From the NCBI GenBank assembly GCA_963811385.1, contig CAWEQX010000002.1:227081-291080 (forward strand): a stretch of DNA of 64,000 bases, read 5' to 3'. Both the position numbers and the translations under genes were made by a program. Under the pieces are notes generated by a model that searched no databases, was not told the origin of the DNA, and saw nothing but the letters and a program-made list of their open reading frames with translations. This document shows positions 11,120 to 19,806 of the stretch, piece by piece (the stretch's first letter is position 1; the number at the start of each line of letters is the position of its first letter). This stretch comes from an uncultured Actinomycetota bacterium (GTDB taxonomy: Bacteria; Actinomycetota; Actinomycetes; Propionibacteriales; Nocardioidaceae).

Positions 11120-12370
11120 GTGCGCACCCACCTGACTCGGCTCGTGGCCCTGCTGGCGCTGGTCGCCCCACTCGGGCTCGCCGCCCCGGCGACCTCGCAG
11201 ACGCGAGGCGTCGACGGCTGGCTCTACTTCGTGGCGAGCACCACCTCGACCACCGGCCCGGTGTGGCGGGTGCGACCGGGCCAGCCGACCACGGCCGAGC
11301 GGCTCACCACCGGCCGCGACGACCGCGTCGCCGTGGCGCCGGACGGGCTCACCGTGGCGTTCCGGCGCCAGGCGGCCAGCTCGAGCGCGCCCGACCAGCT
11401 GTGGCTGATGGACGCCGACGGCGGCCACCAGCGGCAGGTCGACCTGCCGGGCCTCAACCTGCTGACCCCGGCGTACTCGCCGGACGGGAGGTCCCTGGCC
11501 TTCTCCGCCTCCGCCGGGCCGACGATCAACCTCTGGACGGCCACCGGCAGCGGCGCCCGGGTGCGGCCGATCCTGGACTGGGAGGTCGCCGCGCAGCTGC
11601 GCCCGACGTTCCCCACCTACACCCCCGACGGCCGGCGGCTGGTCTTCGTCGGCGACCGTCCCGGCAGCGACACCGTCCGCGACCTGCTGTCGGTGCGCAC
11701 CGACGGGACGGGCCTGACCCGGCTGACCAGCAACGACCTGGCGGAGGAGTCGCCCGACGTCTCTCCCGATGGCCGCACCCTGGCCTACGTCACGGTCAAC
11801 CTCTCGACCACGCTGCGGCGGGTCTGGCTGGCCGACGCCGACGGCAGCCACCGTCGCACCGTCCCCGGGCTCGCCGACCCGGCGCAGGTGCGATGGTCCC
11901 CGGACGGCCGCGACCTGCTGGTCACCCACGGGGCGCCCCACCGTGTCGTACTCGTCTCGCCACAGACCGGTGAGGTGCGCCAGGCCAGCCCGGCGCTCGC
12001 CGGACGCCGGGAGATGGGTGGCGTGCTCGGCAACGCGGGAGCGACCTGTGACGGGCGGCCCGCCACGATCGTGGGCGGGCCCGGGGCCGACACGCTCGTC
12101 GGCAGCGTCGGCGACGACGTCATCGTCGGCGGTGCCGGCGACGACAGGATCGACGGCCTGTCGGGAGACGACGTGGTGTGCGCCGGCTCGGGCGACGACG
12201 TGGTCGTCGGAGGGAGCGGGGCCGACCGCCTGTTCGGCCAGTCCGGCGCAGACACGCTGCGGGCCAGGGACTCACGTCGCGACGGCCGCATCGACTGCGG
12301 GGTCGGACGCGACCCGGCGGCGGGGCGCGACCGCGGGCTCGACCCGCGCGCCCTGTCCTGCGGGCGCTGA
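11120..12370 (+). CDS. secreted TolB-like beta-propeller protein with C-terminal hemolysin-type Ca-binding (RTX) repeats
   Basis: GTG at 11120 follows AGGAGA and opens a signal peptide (VRTHLTRLVALLALVAPLGLAAPATSQ). Repeated SPDG motifs are typical of TolB/WD40-like blades. The C-terminus carries GGxGxD nonapeptides (GGPGADTLVGSVGDDVIVGGAGDDRIDGLSGDD...). The 168 upstream codons of the track ORF look non-coding. Confidence 0.75.
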   Translation: MRTHLTRLVALLALVAPLGLAAPATSQTRGVDGWLYFVASTTSTTGPVWRVRPGQPTTAERLTTGRDDRVAVAPDGLTVAFRRQAASSSAPDQLWLMDADGGHQRQVDLPGLNLLTPAYSPDGRSLAFSASAGPTINLWTATGSGARVRPILDWEVAAQLRPTFPTYTPDGRRLVFVGDRPGSDTVRDLLSVRTDGTGLTRLTSNDLAEESPDVSPDGRTLAYVTVNLSTTLRRVWLADADGSHRRTVPGLADPAQVRWSPDGRDLLVTHGAPHRVVLVSPQTGEVRQASPALAGRREMGGVLGNAGATCDGRPATIVGGPGADTLVGSVGDDVIVGGAGDDRIDGLSGDDVVCAGSGDDVVVGGSGADRLFGQSGADTLRARDSRRDGRIDCGVGRDPAAGRDRGLDPRALSCGR

Positions 12371-12417
12371 CCGAGGGGCGCTGGCCTCCGGGCGCTGGCC
12401 CACGGGCGCTGCCCGGC
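12362..12417. repeat. 4 x 14-bp tandem repeat (GGGCGCTG + 6 nt) spanning the stop codon of the propeller/RTX gene
   Basis: GGGCGCTG occurs at 12362, 12376, 12390 and 12404, an exact 14-bp period. Confidence 0.8.
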
Positions 12418-12418
12418 C

Positions 12419-12439
12419 GGAAGTTACCGACGCGTAGCA
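12419..12439 (+). promoter_or_regulatory. candidate operator GGAAGTTAC-N6-GTAGCA (inverted repeat GTTAC/GTAGC), copy 1
   Basis: The sequence GGAAGTTACCGACGCGTAGCA lies about 105 nt upstream of the Fe-S oxidoreductase start. The same flanks occur at 19721-19741. Confidence 0.4.
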
Positions 12440-12542
12440 TCGATCACATCTTTCCGTCCGGCAGCAGCCCTGCCACTAGGCTCTCCCACGCCCGGGCACC
12501 CCGGCTCGGCGACTCGTGGGCAAACACGACTGGGAGTGTGGC

Positions 12543-15314
12543 GTGACTCTGGTTCTCATCGTCGGCTTGGTCCTGAACGCGATCGCCCTGCCACTGGCCG
12601 CGCAGCGCATCGTGTTCCTCACCCGGCTGATCCGCAGCGGGCAGCCGGCTCCCGACCGCCTGGAGAACGTCACCAAGCGCACGGGCAAGGCCATCTCCAG
12701 CCAGCTGGTCGAGGTCCTCGGTCAGCGCAAGCTGCTCAAGTGGTCGGTGCCCGGCGCCGCGCACGCGTTCGTGATGTACGCCTTCCTCATCCTGGCCAGC
12801 GTCTACCTCGAGGCCTACGTCGCGCTGCTCACGCGCGACCCGTCCACGCAGCTGCTGATCTTCAACAGCTGGGGGCCGCTGGGCTTCCTGCAGGACCTGA
12901 TCGGCGTCCTGTGCCTGGTGGGCCTGGCGATCTTCACCGCGATCCGCTGGCGCGAGGCGCCCGCGCGGCTCGGCCGGGGCTCGCGGTTCAAGGGCTCGCA
13001 CACCGGTGGGGCCTGGCTCGTGCTGTTCATGATCTTCAACGTCATCTGGACGATGTTCCTGTTCCGCGGCGCCTCGTCGGCCCTGGGCAACCTGGGCTAC
13101 GGCAAGTGGGCGTTCGCGTCGTACGCCGTCGGCAAGGCGCTGGGCGGGTCCCCGTCGGCGCCGACCGACTCCTCCGGCGTCGAGGTGCTCGAGGGCGTCG
13201 GCCTGCTGCTGCACATCGGCATCATGCTCGTGTTCCTCATCATCGTGCTGAACTCCAAGCACCTGCACATCTTCATCGCGCCGCTCAACGTGATGTTCAA
13301 GCGCCCCGACGGCCCGGTCGCCCTCGGCGCGCTCAAGCCGCTGACCTCCGACGGCAGGGCGATCACCCTCGACGACATCGAGGACATGGACGAGGACACC
13401 AAGCTCGGCATCGGCTCGATCGAGGACTTCTCCTGGAAGGGCCTGCTCGACATGGCGACCTGCACGGAGTGCGGTCGGTGCCAGTCGCAGTGCCCGGCGT
13501 GGAACACCGAGAAGCCGCTGTCGCCCAAGATGCTGATCATGAACCTGCGGGACCACGCGTTCGCGAAGGCTCCCTACCTCCTCGCCGACGAGGAGGGCCG
13601 CACCGGCCTGGAGCCCCAGGTGATGGCCGAGGTCGAGCGCCCGCTCGTGGGCGCGACCGAGGGCGAGGCCTGGCACCCGACCGGCGGCGCGGTGATCGAC
13701 ACCGACGTGCTGTGGTCCTGCGTGACCTGCGGCGCCTGCGTCAACCAGTGCCCGGTCGACATCGAGCACGTCGACCACATCGTCGACATGCGCCGCTACC
13801 AGGTGCTGATCGAGAACAGCTTCCCCAGCGAGCTCAACGGGCTGTTCAAGGGCATGGAGTCCAAGGGCAACCCGTGGAACATGTCGCCCACCATGCGCCT
13901 GGACTGGGCCCAGGGTCTCGACGTCAAGGTCGTCGGCGAGGACGTCGAGGACCTCGACGAGGTCGACTGGCTGTTCTGGATCGGCTGCGCCGGCGCCTAC
14001 GAGGACCGCGCCAAGAAGACCGTCCGCGCCGTGGCCGAGCTGCTCGACCTGGCCGACGTCTCCTTCGCCGTGCTCGGCAAGGGCGAGACCTGCACCGGTG
14101 ACTCCGCCCGCCGCGCCGGCAACGAGTTCCTCTTCCAGCAGCTCGCCACCCAGAACGTCGAGGTGCTCACCGAGGCGAAGGCCAAGAAGGTCGTCTCGAC
14201 CTGTCCGCACTGCTTCAACACGCTCAAGAACGAGTACTCCGAGCTCGGCATCGAGCTCGAGGTCGTCCACCACACCCAGCTGCTCAACCGACTGGTGCGG
14301 GAGGGCCGGCTCACCCCGGTCGCCGACGCCGACGCCGCCGCCCCGAAGCAGAAGGTCACCTACCACGACCCGTGCTACCTCGGCCGCCACAACCAGGTCT
14401 ACACGCCCCCGCGGGAGCTGCTCGAGGTGATCCCCTCCACGGACTTCACCGAGATGGAGCGCAGCGGTGAGCGCTCCTTCTGCTGCGGCGCCGGCGGCGC
14501 CCGCATGTGGATGGAGGAGCGGATCGGCGAGCGGATCAATGAGAACCGCACCAAGGAGGCCGTCGGCACCGGCGCCGACCAGATCGCGGTCGGCTGCCCG
14601 TTCTGCCGGGTCATGCTCTCCGACGGCCTGACCATGCTGCAGTCCAAGGAGGAGGCGCGCGAGGAGGTCGAGGTCCTCGACGTCGCCCAGATGCTCCTGG
14701 CCGCGGTCAAGCGTGGCGAGACCCCGCCGGAGGCGAAGGCCGAGCCGGGCGAGGGCGACGACGAGCGCTACCCGCCCACCGCGGCCCACGACGGCACCGA
14801 AGACCCCGAGCAGGCGCCCGACCGCCTGGGCGACGCCGCCGAGGTGACCGACCCGTCGGGCCCGCTCGGCGAGCCCGAGGTTGACGCGACGGACGCCGGA
14901 GAGACTGCCTCCGCGGCGACTGCCGCGAGCGCTTCCCTGCCCTCCTGGGCCGGGTTGGACGTCGAGACGATCCTGGAAGGGGACGACGTGGACATCAGCG
15001 AGTTCAAGGCCAAGCTGAAGGCCGAGCTCAAGGACGAACTGCTCGCCGAGATCAAGGCGGAGCTCGAGGGGGCGCTCAACTCCGACTCCGGCACCTCGGA
15101 GCCGGTCGAGCGCACCTCGTCCCCGTCGGTGGCCGACAAGCCGTCGCAGACCGAGCAGGCGCAGGCCGCGCAGGTCCCCGAGCCGGAGCCCGCCCCCGAG
15201 CCCGAGTCGAAGCCGACCACCGCGGAGGAGAAGGTCGAGGAGAAGCCGGCCGAGAAGAAGCCCGCGACCTCCTCCGAGCCGCCGCCGGACATCGACTTCT
15301 CCGGCTCCCTCTGA
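12543..15314 (+). CDS. membrane-anchored (Fe-S)-binding CCG-domain oxidoreductase (heterodisulfide-reductase-related; Rv0338c-like)
   Basis: N-terminal TM helices are followed by two 4Fe-4S ferredoxin motifs (CTECGRCQSQCP, CVTCGACVNQCP) and two CCG-type Cys-rich domains (STCPHCFNT, CCGAGG, GCPFC). A long acidic tail follows. The start is GTG 12543 after GGGAG, or alternatively GTG 12516. Confidence 0.85.
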   Translation: MTLVLIVGLVLNAIALPLAAQRIVFLTRLIRSGQPAPDRLENVTKRTGKAISSQLVEVLGQRKLLKWSVPGAAHAFVMYAFLILASVYLEAYVALLTRDPSTQLLIFNSWGPLGFLQDLIGVLCLVGLAIFTAIRWREAPARLGRGSRFKGSHTGGAWLVLFMIFNVIWTMFLFRGASSALGNLGYGKWAFASYAVGKALGGSPSAPTDSSGVEVLEGVGLLLHIGIMLVFLIIVLNSKHLHIFIAPLNVMFKRPDGPVALGALKPLTSDGRAITLDDIEDMDEDTKLGIGSIEDFSWKGLLDMATCTECGRCQSQCPAWNTEKPLSPKMLIMNLRDHAFAKAPYLLADEEGRTGLEPQVMAEVERPLVGATEGEAWHPTGGAVIDTDVLWSCVTCGACVNQCPVDIEHVDHIVDMRRYQVLIENSFPSELNGLFKGMESKGNPWNMSPTMRLDWAQGLDVKVVGEDVEDLDEVDWLFWIGCAGAYEDRAKKTVRAVAELLDLADVSFAVLGKGETCTGDSARRAGNEFLFQQLATQNVEVLTEAKAKKVVSTCPHCFNTLKNEYSELGIELEVVHHTQLLNRLVREGRLTPVADADAAAPKQKVTYHDPCYLGRHNQVYTPPRELLEVIPSTDFTEMERSGERSFCCGAGGARMWMEERIGERINENRTKEAVGTGADQIAVGCPFCRVMLSDGLTMLQSKEEAREEVEVLDVAQMLLAAVKRGETPPEAKAEPGEGDDERYPPTAAHDGTEDPEQAPDRLGDAAEVTDPSGPLGEPEVDATDAGETASAATAASASLPSWAGLDVETILEGDDVDISEFKAKLKAELKDELLAEIKAELEGALNSDSGTSEPVERTSSPSVADKPSQTEQAQAAQVPEPEPAPEPESKPTTAEEKVEEKPAEKKPATSSEPPPDIDFSGSL

Positions 15315-15506
15315 GCCGGGAGGTCCCCCCTGCAGGACCCGCAGCGGCGTCGCCGAGTCTCCACCCCGGCGGCGCCGCTGGTCGTTCCGGGCCGGTATCA
15401 CGACGGACGAGAGCGGACTCATCGGGACTCACCAGGACCCGTCAGGACGGACCGGTCCAGGACACTGCGGGCCAGGGGTGGCCCGCCGACAGCGAGGGGG
15501 TGGGCC

Positions 15507-15911
15507 ATGTGGCGTTCGGGAGCGACACGCAGGCGTCAGCAGCTCGCGGTCAGCCAGATGATCGAGACCGCACGGCGCAGCGGCACCTGGTCGGCGCCGT
15601 GGCGCTCCGCCCCTGCGGTGTGGGAGTTCTTCGCCGACGAGTCCGCGCTGCTGCGCCACCTGCAGCAGACCTGGCGCACCGCGCTGGCCGGCGCGGTCTA
15701 CGTCGCCATCGAGGCCGGTGACGGCGACCTGCAGGCCGACGTCACCCGTGCCTACACCACGGTCGCCCAGCGTCACACCGGGCTCCGGCAGGTGCTCGAG
15801 GCCCACGCCGACCACCCCGCGATCGCCGCGGCCATGCGCAAGGAGCGCGCCCTGCTCGCCTCACTGGCACTCGGCGTCGGCGACGGGACCGGCCTGCGCC
15901 TGGTCGCCTAG
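15507..15911 (+). CDS. hypothetical protein
   Basis: 134-aa ORF with strong third-position GC bias and a non-shadow composition. No family recognised. Confidence 0.55.
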   Translation: MWRSGATRRRQQLAVSQMIETARRSGTWSAPWRSAPAVWEFFADESALLRHLQQTWRTALAGAVYVAIEAGDGDLQADVTRAYTTVAQRHTGLRQVLEAHADHPAIAAAMRKERALLASLALGVGDGTGLRLVA

Positions 15912-15986
15912 CCTGCCCGCGACTCGCCGGGACCTCGGGCGCGCCGGCTGGGCCCGACCGGCTCGCCGGTCGCGTTGACTGGGCGC

Positions 15987-17192
15987 ATGCAGCGTGTGGT
16001 CCGGCGGGTCGTCCTCGTCGTCCTGGTCGTCCTCGTCCTCGTCCTGGTGGTGGCCGGTGCCGCCACCTGGGTCTTCTCCGACAAGATCCACTCGGCCGCC
16101 CTCGAGGTGCGCCACCCCGAGGTCTCCCATGACCTGGACGTCGTGTCGGTCGACGGTGACGGCGGCGGCGACCGCGTGCTGCTCGACGACCGTGCCGACC
16201 ACCGGGCGGCCCTGCACCACGGCTTCCGCTACGGCCTGCGTTGGGACGGCGGCTCGGCCGTGGTCGGCGGCCCCGCCGAGGAGATGGGCGGCCACCGGCT
16301 CTCGCTCGCGCTGCTCGAGGGTGACCGGCCGGTCCCGGGCACCGACGTCGACGCCTTCCGTGAGCTCTACGACGACCCGGCCGACGTCGAGGGCCTCGCC
16401 CTGCGCCGCGTCCGGTACGACGCCGGGGGACACACGCTGCCGGCCTACCTCGCCGAGCCGACCAGCCCGACCAGGCCCGGAGCCGCCCCGGGCCACTGGG
16501 CGGTGCTGGTCCACGGCAAGGGCGGCACCGCGTTGGAGATGGCGCGGATGGCCCGCGCCACGGTCGCGGCCGGGCGCACCACGATGCTGATCGGCTACCG
16601 CAACGACGCCGGCGCCTGGCAGGACCCGAGCGGCGAGTACGCCTACGGCACGACCGAGTGGCGCGACCTCCATGCCGCCCTGGTCTGGGCGCACGAGCAC
16701 GGTGCCGTCGACGTGGTCCTCGGCGGGGCGTCGATGGGAGGCGGCGTCATCGCCTCCTACCTCGAGCGGGTGCCCGACCACCGCGGGGTCCTCGGGGTCG
16801 TCCTCGACTCCCCGATGCTCGACCTGGACACGGTGGTGTCCTGGGGTGCCCGCGACGAGGAGCTGCCGGGTGGGCTGCCGCTCCCCGAGCCGCTCACCTG
16901 GGCCGCCAAGCGGCTGGCCGGCCTGCGGTTCGGCCTGGACTGGGCGGCGACGGACCACGTCGACGACACGGGCTGGGCCGACGTACCCGTCCTGGTGCTG
17001 CACGGTGACGACGACGGGACCGTCCCGGTGTCCCTGAGCCGCACGCTCGCACGAGAGGACGACGACGTGCGCCTGGAGGAGTTCCCCGGAGCCGGTCACG
17101 TCGAGTCCTGGAACAGCGACCCGGAGCGCTACGACCGCCTGGTCGCCGACTTCGTCGGCTCAGTCGACCGGCGTGCGGTGGAAGTTCCGTGA
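15987..17192 (+). CDS. alpha/beta hydrolase with N-terminal membrane anchor
   Basis: ATG at 15987 ([24 protein letters not shown]...). Nucleophile elbow GASMGG, then the distal segment [10 protein letters not shown] and the His segment GAGHVES. Confidence 0.8.
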   Translation: MQRVVRRVVLVVLVVLVLVLVVAGAATWVFSDKIHSAALEVRHPEVSHDLDVVSVDGDGGGDRVLLDDRADHRAALHHGFRYGLRWDGGSAVVGGPAEEMGGHRLSLALLEGDRPVPGTDVDAFRELYDDPADVEGLALRRVRYDAGGHTLPAYLAEPTSPTRPGAAPGHWAVLVHGKGGTALEMARMARATVAAGRTTMLIGYRNDAGAWQDPSGEYAYGTTEWRDLHAALVWAHEHGAVDVVLGGASMGGGVIASYLERVPDHRGVLGVVLDSPMLDLDTVVSWGARDEELPGGLPLPEPLTWAAKRLAGLRFGLDWAATDHVDDTGWADVPVLVLHGDDDGTVPVSLSRTLAREDDDVRLEEFPGAGHVESWNSDPERYDRLVADFVGSVDRRAVEVP

Positions 17193-17738
17193 CGACCGAG
17201 ACGGCGTGGGGCCCCGCTGGCCCTGGTAGCGCGAGCCGTACTTCTCCGAGCCGTAGGGATGCTCCGCCGGCGAGCTCAGCCGGAAGAAGCACAGCTGGCC
17301 GATCTTCATCCCCGGCCACAGCTTGATTGGCAGGTTGGCCACGTTGGCCAGCTCGAGCGTGACGTGGCCGGAGAAGCCCGGGTCGATGAAGCCCGCGGTC
17401 GAGTGGGTGAGCAGGCCCAGGCGTCCCAGGGAGGACTTGCCCTCCAGGCGCGCGGCGACGTCGTCGGGCAGCGAGACGACCTCGTAGGTCGAGCCCAGCA
17501 CGAACTCGCCCGGGTGGAGGATGAACGGCTCCTCGCCCTCGGGCGCGACCTCGCGGGTGAGGTCGGGCTGGTCCTCGGCCGGGTCGATGTGCGGGTAGCG
17601 GTGGTTCTCGAAGACGCGGAAGAACCGGTCGAGCCGCACGTCGATGCTCGAGGGCTGGACCATCGCCTCGTCGTAGGGGGCCAGGGAGACCCGTCCGGCG
17701 TCGAGCTCGGCCTTGATGTCCCGGTCGGAGAGCAGCAC
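17160..17738 (-). CDS. dcd: dCTP deaminase
   Basis: Dcd is recognisable along the whole length (LLSDRDI..., [45 protein letters not shown]). I prefer the GTG at 17738 (MLLSDRDI). It has a TATCGT -10-like hexamer 7 nt upstream, suggesting a leaderless mRNA. The track start at 17747 adds 3 codons. Confidence 0.93.
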   Translation of the reverse strand: MLLSDRDIKAELDAGRVSLAPYDEAMVQPSSIDVRLDRFFRVFENHRYPHIDPAEDQPDLTREVAPEGEEPFILHPGEFVLGSTYEVVSLPDDVAARLEGKSSLGRLGLLTHSTAGFIDPGFSGHVTLELANVANLPIKLWPGMKIGQLCFFRLSSPAEHPYGSEKYGSRYQGQRGPTPSRSSRNFHRTPVD

Positions 17739-17785
17739 GAGCGGCACGATACCCGGCGCCGGGGCCGCGGCCGGCGGGCGACAGA

Positions 17786-18601
17786 ATGCGTCGCGTGACA
17801 GCGACCAGCGACCGCCCCGTCTGGACCTACGTCGCGCTCGGGGACTCCTTCACCGAGGGCGTGGGCGACCCCGACCCGGACCGCCCCAACGACGTGCGCG
17901 GCTGGGCCGACCGCGTGGCCGAGGCGCTCACCGCGCACCACCCGGACCTGCGCTACGCCAACCTCGCGATCCGCGGCCGCAAGGCCGGCGCGGTCCTCGC
18001 CGAGCAGGTCGAGCCCGCCGTCGCGATGGGTCCGGACCTGGTCAGCATCTACGCCGGCGGCAACGACATCCTGCGCCCCAAGGTCGACGTCGACACCCTG
18101 GTCGAGCAGTACGCCGACGGGCTGCGCCGGCTGCGCGCCGGCGGGGCGCACGTGATCGTCTTCACCGGCTTCGACCTCGGCTGGGCCCCGGTCTTCGGCC
18201 GGCTGCGCGGCCGCGTGGCGACGTACAACGAGCTGGTCCGCGAGGCCGCGGAGGAGGTGGACGCGACCCTGGTCGACTTCTGGCGGATGCGGGAGTACCG
18301 CGACTCCCGGCTGTGGGACGTCGACCGCATCCACATGTCCAGCCTGGGTCACCGGCACATGGCCGCGCGGGTCCTCGACGCCCTCGAGGTCTCCCACCAG
18401 GTGTCGCTCGACCCGCTCGGACCCCCGGAGCCGCTGGACGCGGCGGCCCGCCGCGCGGCCGACCTGGCCTGGGCCCGCGCGCACGCCGCACCGTGGGTCC
18501 AGCGACGCCTGACCGGGCGGTCCTCGGGCGACGGCCTCTCCCCCCGTTTCCCCGCTCCCGTGCGGGTCGCCGACGGGCTCAGCGGGTCGGGTATGGTCTG
18601 A
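17786..18601 (+). CDS. SGNH/GDSL-family hydrolase
   Basis: 271 aa. Block I is ALGDSFTEG, block III is GGNDIL, and block V is a D..H pair (VDRIHMS). Confidence 0.85.
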   Translation: MRRVTATSDRPVWTYVALGDSFTEGVGDPDPDRPNDVRGWADRVAEALTAHHPDLRYANLAIRGRKAGAVLAEQVEPAVAMGPDLVSIYAGGNDILRPKVDVDTLVEQYADGLRRLRAGGAHVIVFTGFDLGWAPVFGRLRGRVATYNELVREAAEEVDATLVDFWRMREYRDSRLWDVDRIHMSSLGHRHMAARVLDALEVSHQVSLDPLGPPEPLDAAARRAADLAWARAHAAPWVQRRLTGRSSGDGLSPRFPAPVRVADGLSGSGMV

Positions 18602-18612
18602 CCTGCTTCCTC

Positions 18613-18686
18613 GCGGATGTAGTTCAATGGCAGAACATGAGCTTCCCAAGCTCAGAATGCGGGTTCGATTCCCGTCATCCGCTCCA
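18613..18686 (+). tRNA. tRNA-Gly (anticodon CCC)
   Basis: GCGGATG...CATCCGC forms a 7-bp acceptor stem. The D-loop is AGTTCAATGGCAG. The anticodon stem-loop TGAGC-TTCCCAA-GCTCA gives anticodon CCC. The T-arm is GGGTTCGATTCCC, and CCA is encoded. Confidence 0.93.
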
Positions 18687-18813
18687 TCCACGGCGACGCC
18701 GGTCGTGCGATCTTGCGGGTGCCCCGCTTCGGCGAGGGCCGGCTGAGGCCCGCGTCCCGTCCGCCACGACGGCCCGTTCGTCCAGACCTGGTGTCCCTCG
18801 ACGAACCGCAGGG

Positions 18814-19281
18814 TCAGTGCGGCTGCCACGCGTCGTCGTCGACCCGCTCGGTGACCGAGCCGGGCAGCGAGCGGTCGGCGAGGTCCTGGATGCTGACCTG
18901 CTCGCACACCTCGCGCAGGCTGCTGCGCGCGGCGATCCACACCAGCTGCAGGGCATCGGCGGTGGCGTTGTAGTGCACCGCCTCCGGCCGCTCGCCGTGG
19001 ACGCTGACCAGCGGCCCGTCGACGGCCCGGATCACGTCGGCGACGCTGACCTCGCCCGCGGGCCGCGCGAGGCGCCAGCCCCCGGACTGGCCGCGCTGGC
19101 TGATCACCACCCCGGCCCGGCGCAGGTCGGCCAGGATCGCCTGCAGGAAGCCGGCGGGGATCTCCTGGAGCCGGCCCAGCTCGTCGGCGCTCACCGGCTC
19201 GCGGGGGCGGTCGCCCTGTGCGCGCAGGGCCAGCTCGATCAGCGCGCGCAGCGCGTAGTCGGACTTCGCGGAGACTCGCAC
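18814..19281 (-). CDS. Rrf2-family transcriptional regulator
   Basis: 155 aa with the typical N-terminus MRVSAKSDYALRALIELA... and HTH (IPAGFLQAILADLRRAGVV). No 3-Cys cluster motif is seen, so it is probably a non-Fe-S type. Confidence 0.9.
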   Translation of the reverse strand: MRVSAKSDYALRALIELALRAQGDRPREPVSADELGRLQEIPAGFLQAILADLRRAGVVISQRGQSGGWRLARPAGEVSVADVIRAVDGPLVSVHGERPEAVHYNATADALQLVWIAARSSLREVCEQVSIQDLADRSLPGSVTERVDDDAWQPH

Positions 19282-19380
19282 CGGGGCAGTCTGTCATCCC
19301 AGTGCGGCGCGTCACGGTTCAGGCGCAGCAAGCGCGGGTAAACCCCTGGTGCACCCACCCGCTAGGGAAAGGCAGTTGAG

Positions 19381-19551
19381 ATGAGCGACAGCGACAAGCT
19401 GAAGAACTCCGCCCAGGAGACCAAGGGCGACGCCAAGGAGAAGTTCGGCAAGGCCACGGACAACGAGGACATGCAGGCCGAGGGCAAGGCCGACCAGACG
19501 GAGTCCTCCCTCAAGCAGGCCGGCGAGAAGGTCAAGGACGCCTTCAAGTAG
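19381..19551 (+). CDS. CsbD-family stress protein (56 aa)
   Basis: Absent from the ORF track because it is under 60 aa. Translation: ATG at 19381, MSDSDKLKNSAQETKGDAKEKFGKATDNEDMQAEGKADQTESSLKQAGEKVKDAFK, then TAG. GGAAAGG RBS. A strong hairpin follows. Confidence 0.8.
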   Translation: MSDSDKLKNSAQETKGDAKEKFGKATDNEDMQAEGKADQTESSLKQAGEKVKDAFK

Positions 19552-19584
19552 GCCCGAGCCCGACCCGATCCGGGTCACCGGCGT

Positions 19585-19615
19585 CTGTGCCCCCGCGTGC
19601 TGCGCGGGGGCACAG
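19585..19615 (+). terminator. 13-bp perfect GC-rich hairpin after csbD-like gene
   Basis: CTGTGCCCCCGCG-tgctg-CGCGGGGGCACAG. The downstream T-tract is weak, which is typical of high-GC actinobacteria. Confidence 0.6.
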
Positions 19616-19720
19616 TGCTGTCCGGACCCTCGGAGGTCGGCGTACGTCGGTGATCCGCCCCACAGCCGCGGCGCGTTCCTGCCCCCACCGGTTGCCCCGC
19701 GGCCACGGGCCTCGCATAAT

Positions 19721-19741
19721 GGAAGTTACTCATCGGTAGCA
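19721..19741 (+). promoter_or_regulatory. candidate operator GGAAGTTAC-N6-GTAGCA, copy 2, abutting a CATAAT -10-like hexamer
   Basis: GGAAGTTACTCATCGGTAGCA lies about 66 nt upstream of the acyl-CoA dehydrogenase start. CATAAT sits at 19715-19720 immediately upstream, and an extra GTAAC occurs at 19749-19753. Confidence 0.4.
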
Positions 19742-19806
19742 CTGGTGGGTAACCTGCAGCGCACGCGCCTCCGGACGCCGGCGGCACCATCGACGAAGGG
19801 GTTCGA

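Noticed and set aside
15344-15378. Hairpin GCGGCGTCGCCG...CGGCGGCGCCGC after the Fe-S oxidoreductase gene as a terminator.
   Set aside because: The stem is imperfect and lies in generic GC-rich sequence without a T-tract. It cannot be distinguished from background.
18613-18686. tRNA-Gly as an integration hotspot or genomic island border.
   Set aside because: There is no integrase, no obvious duplicated tRNA 3' end and no compositional break nearby. The flanking genes are ordinary (SGNH hydrolase, Rrf2 regulator).
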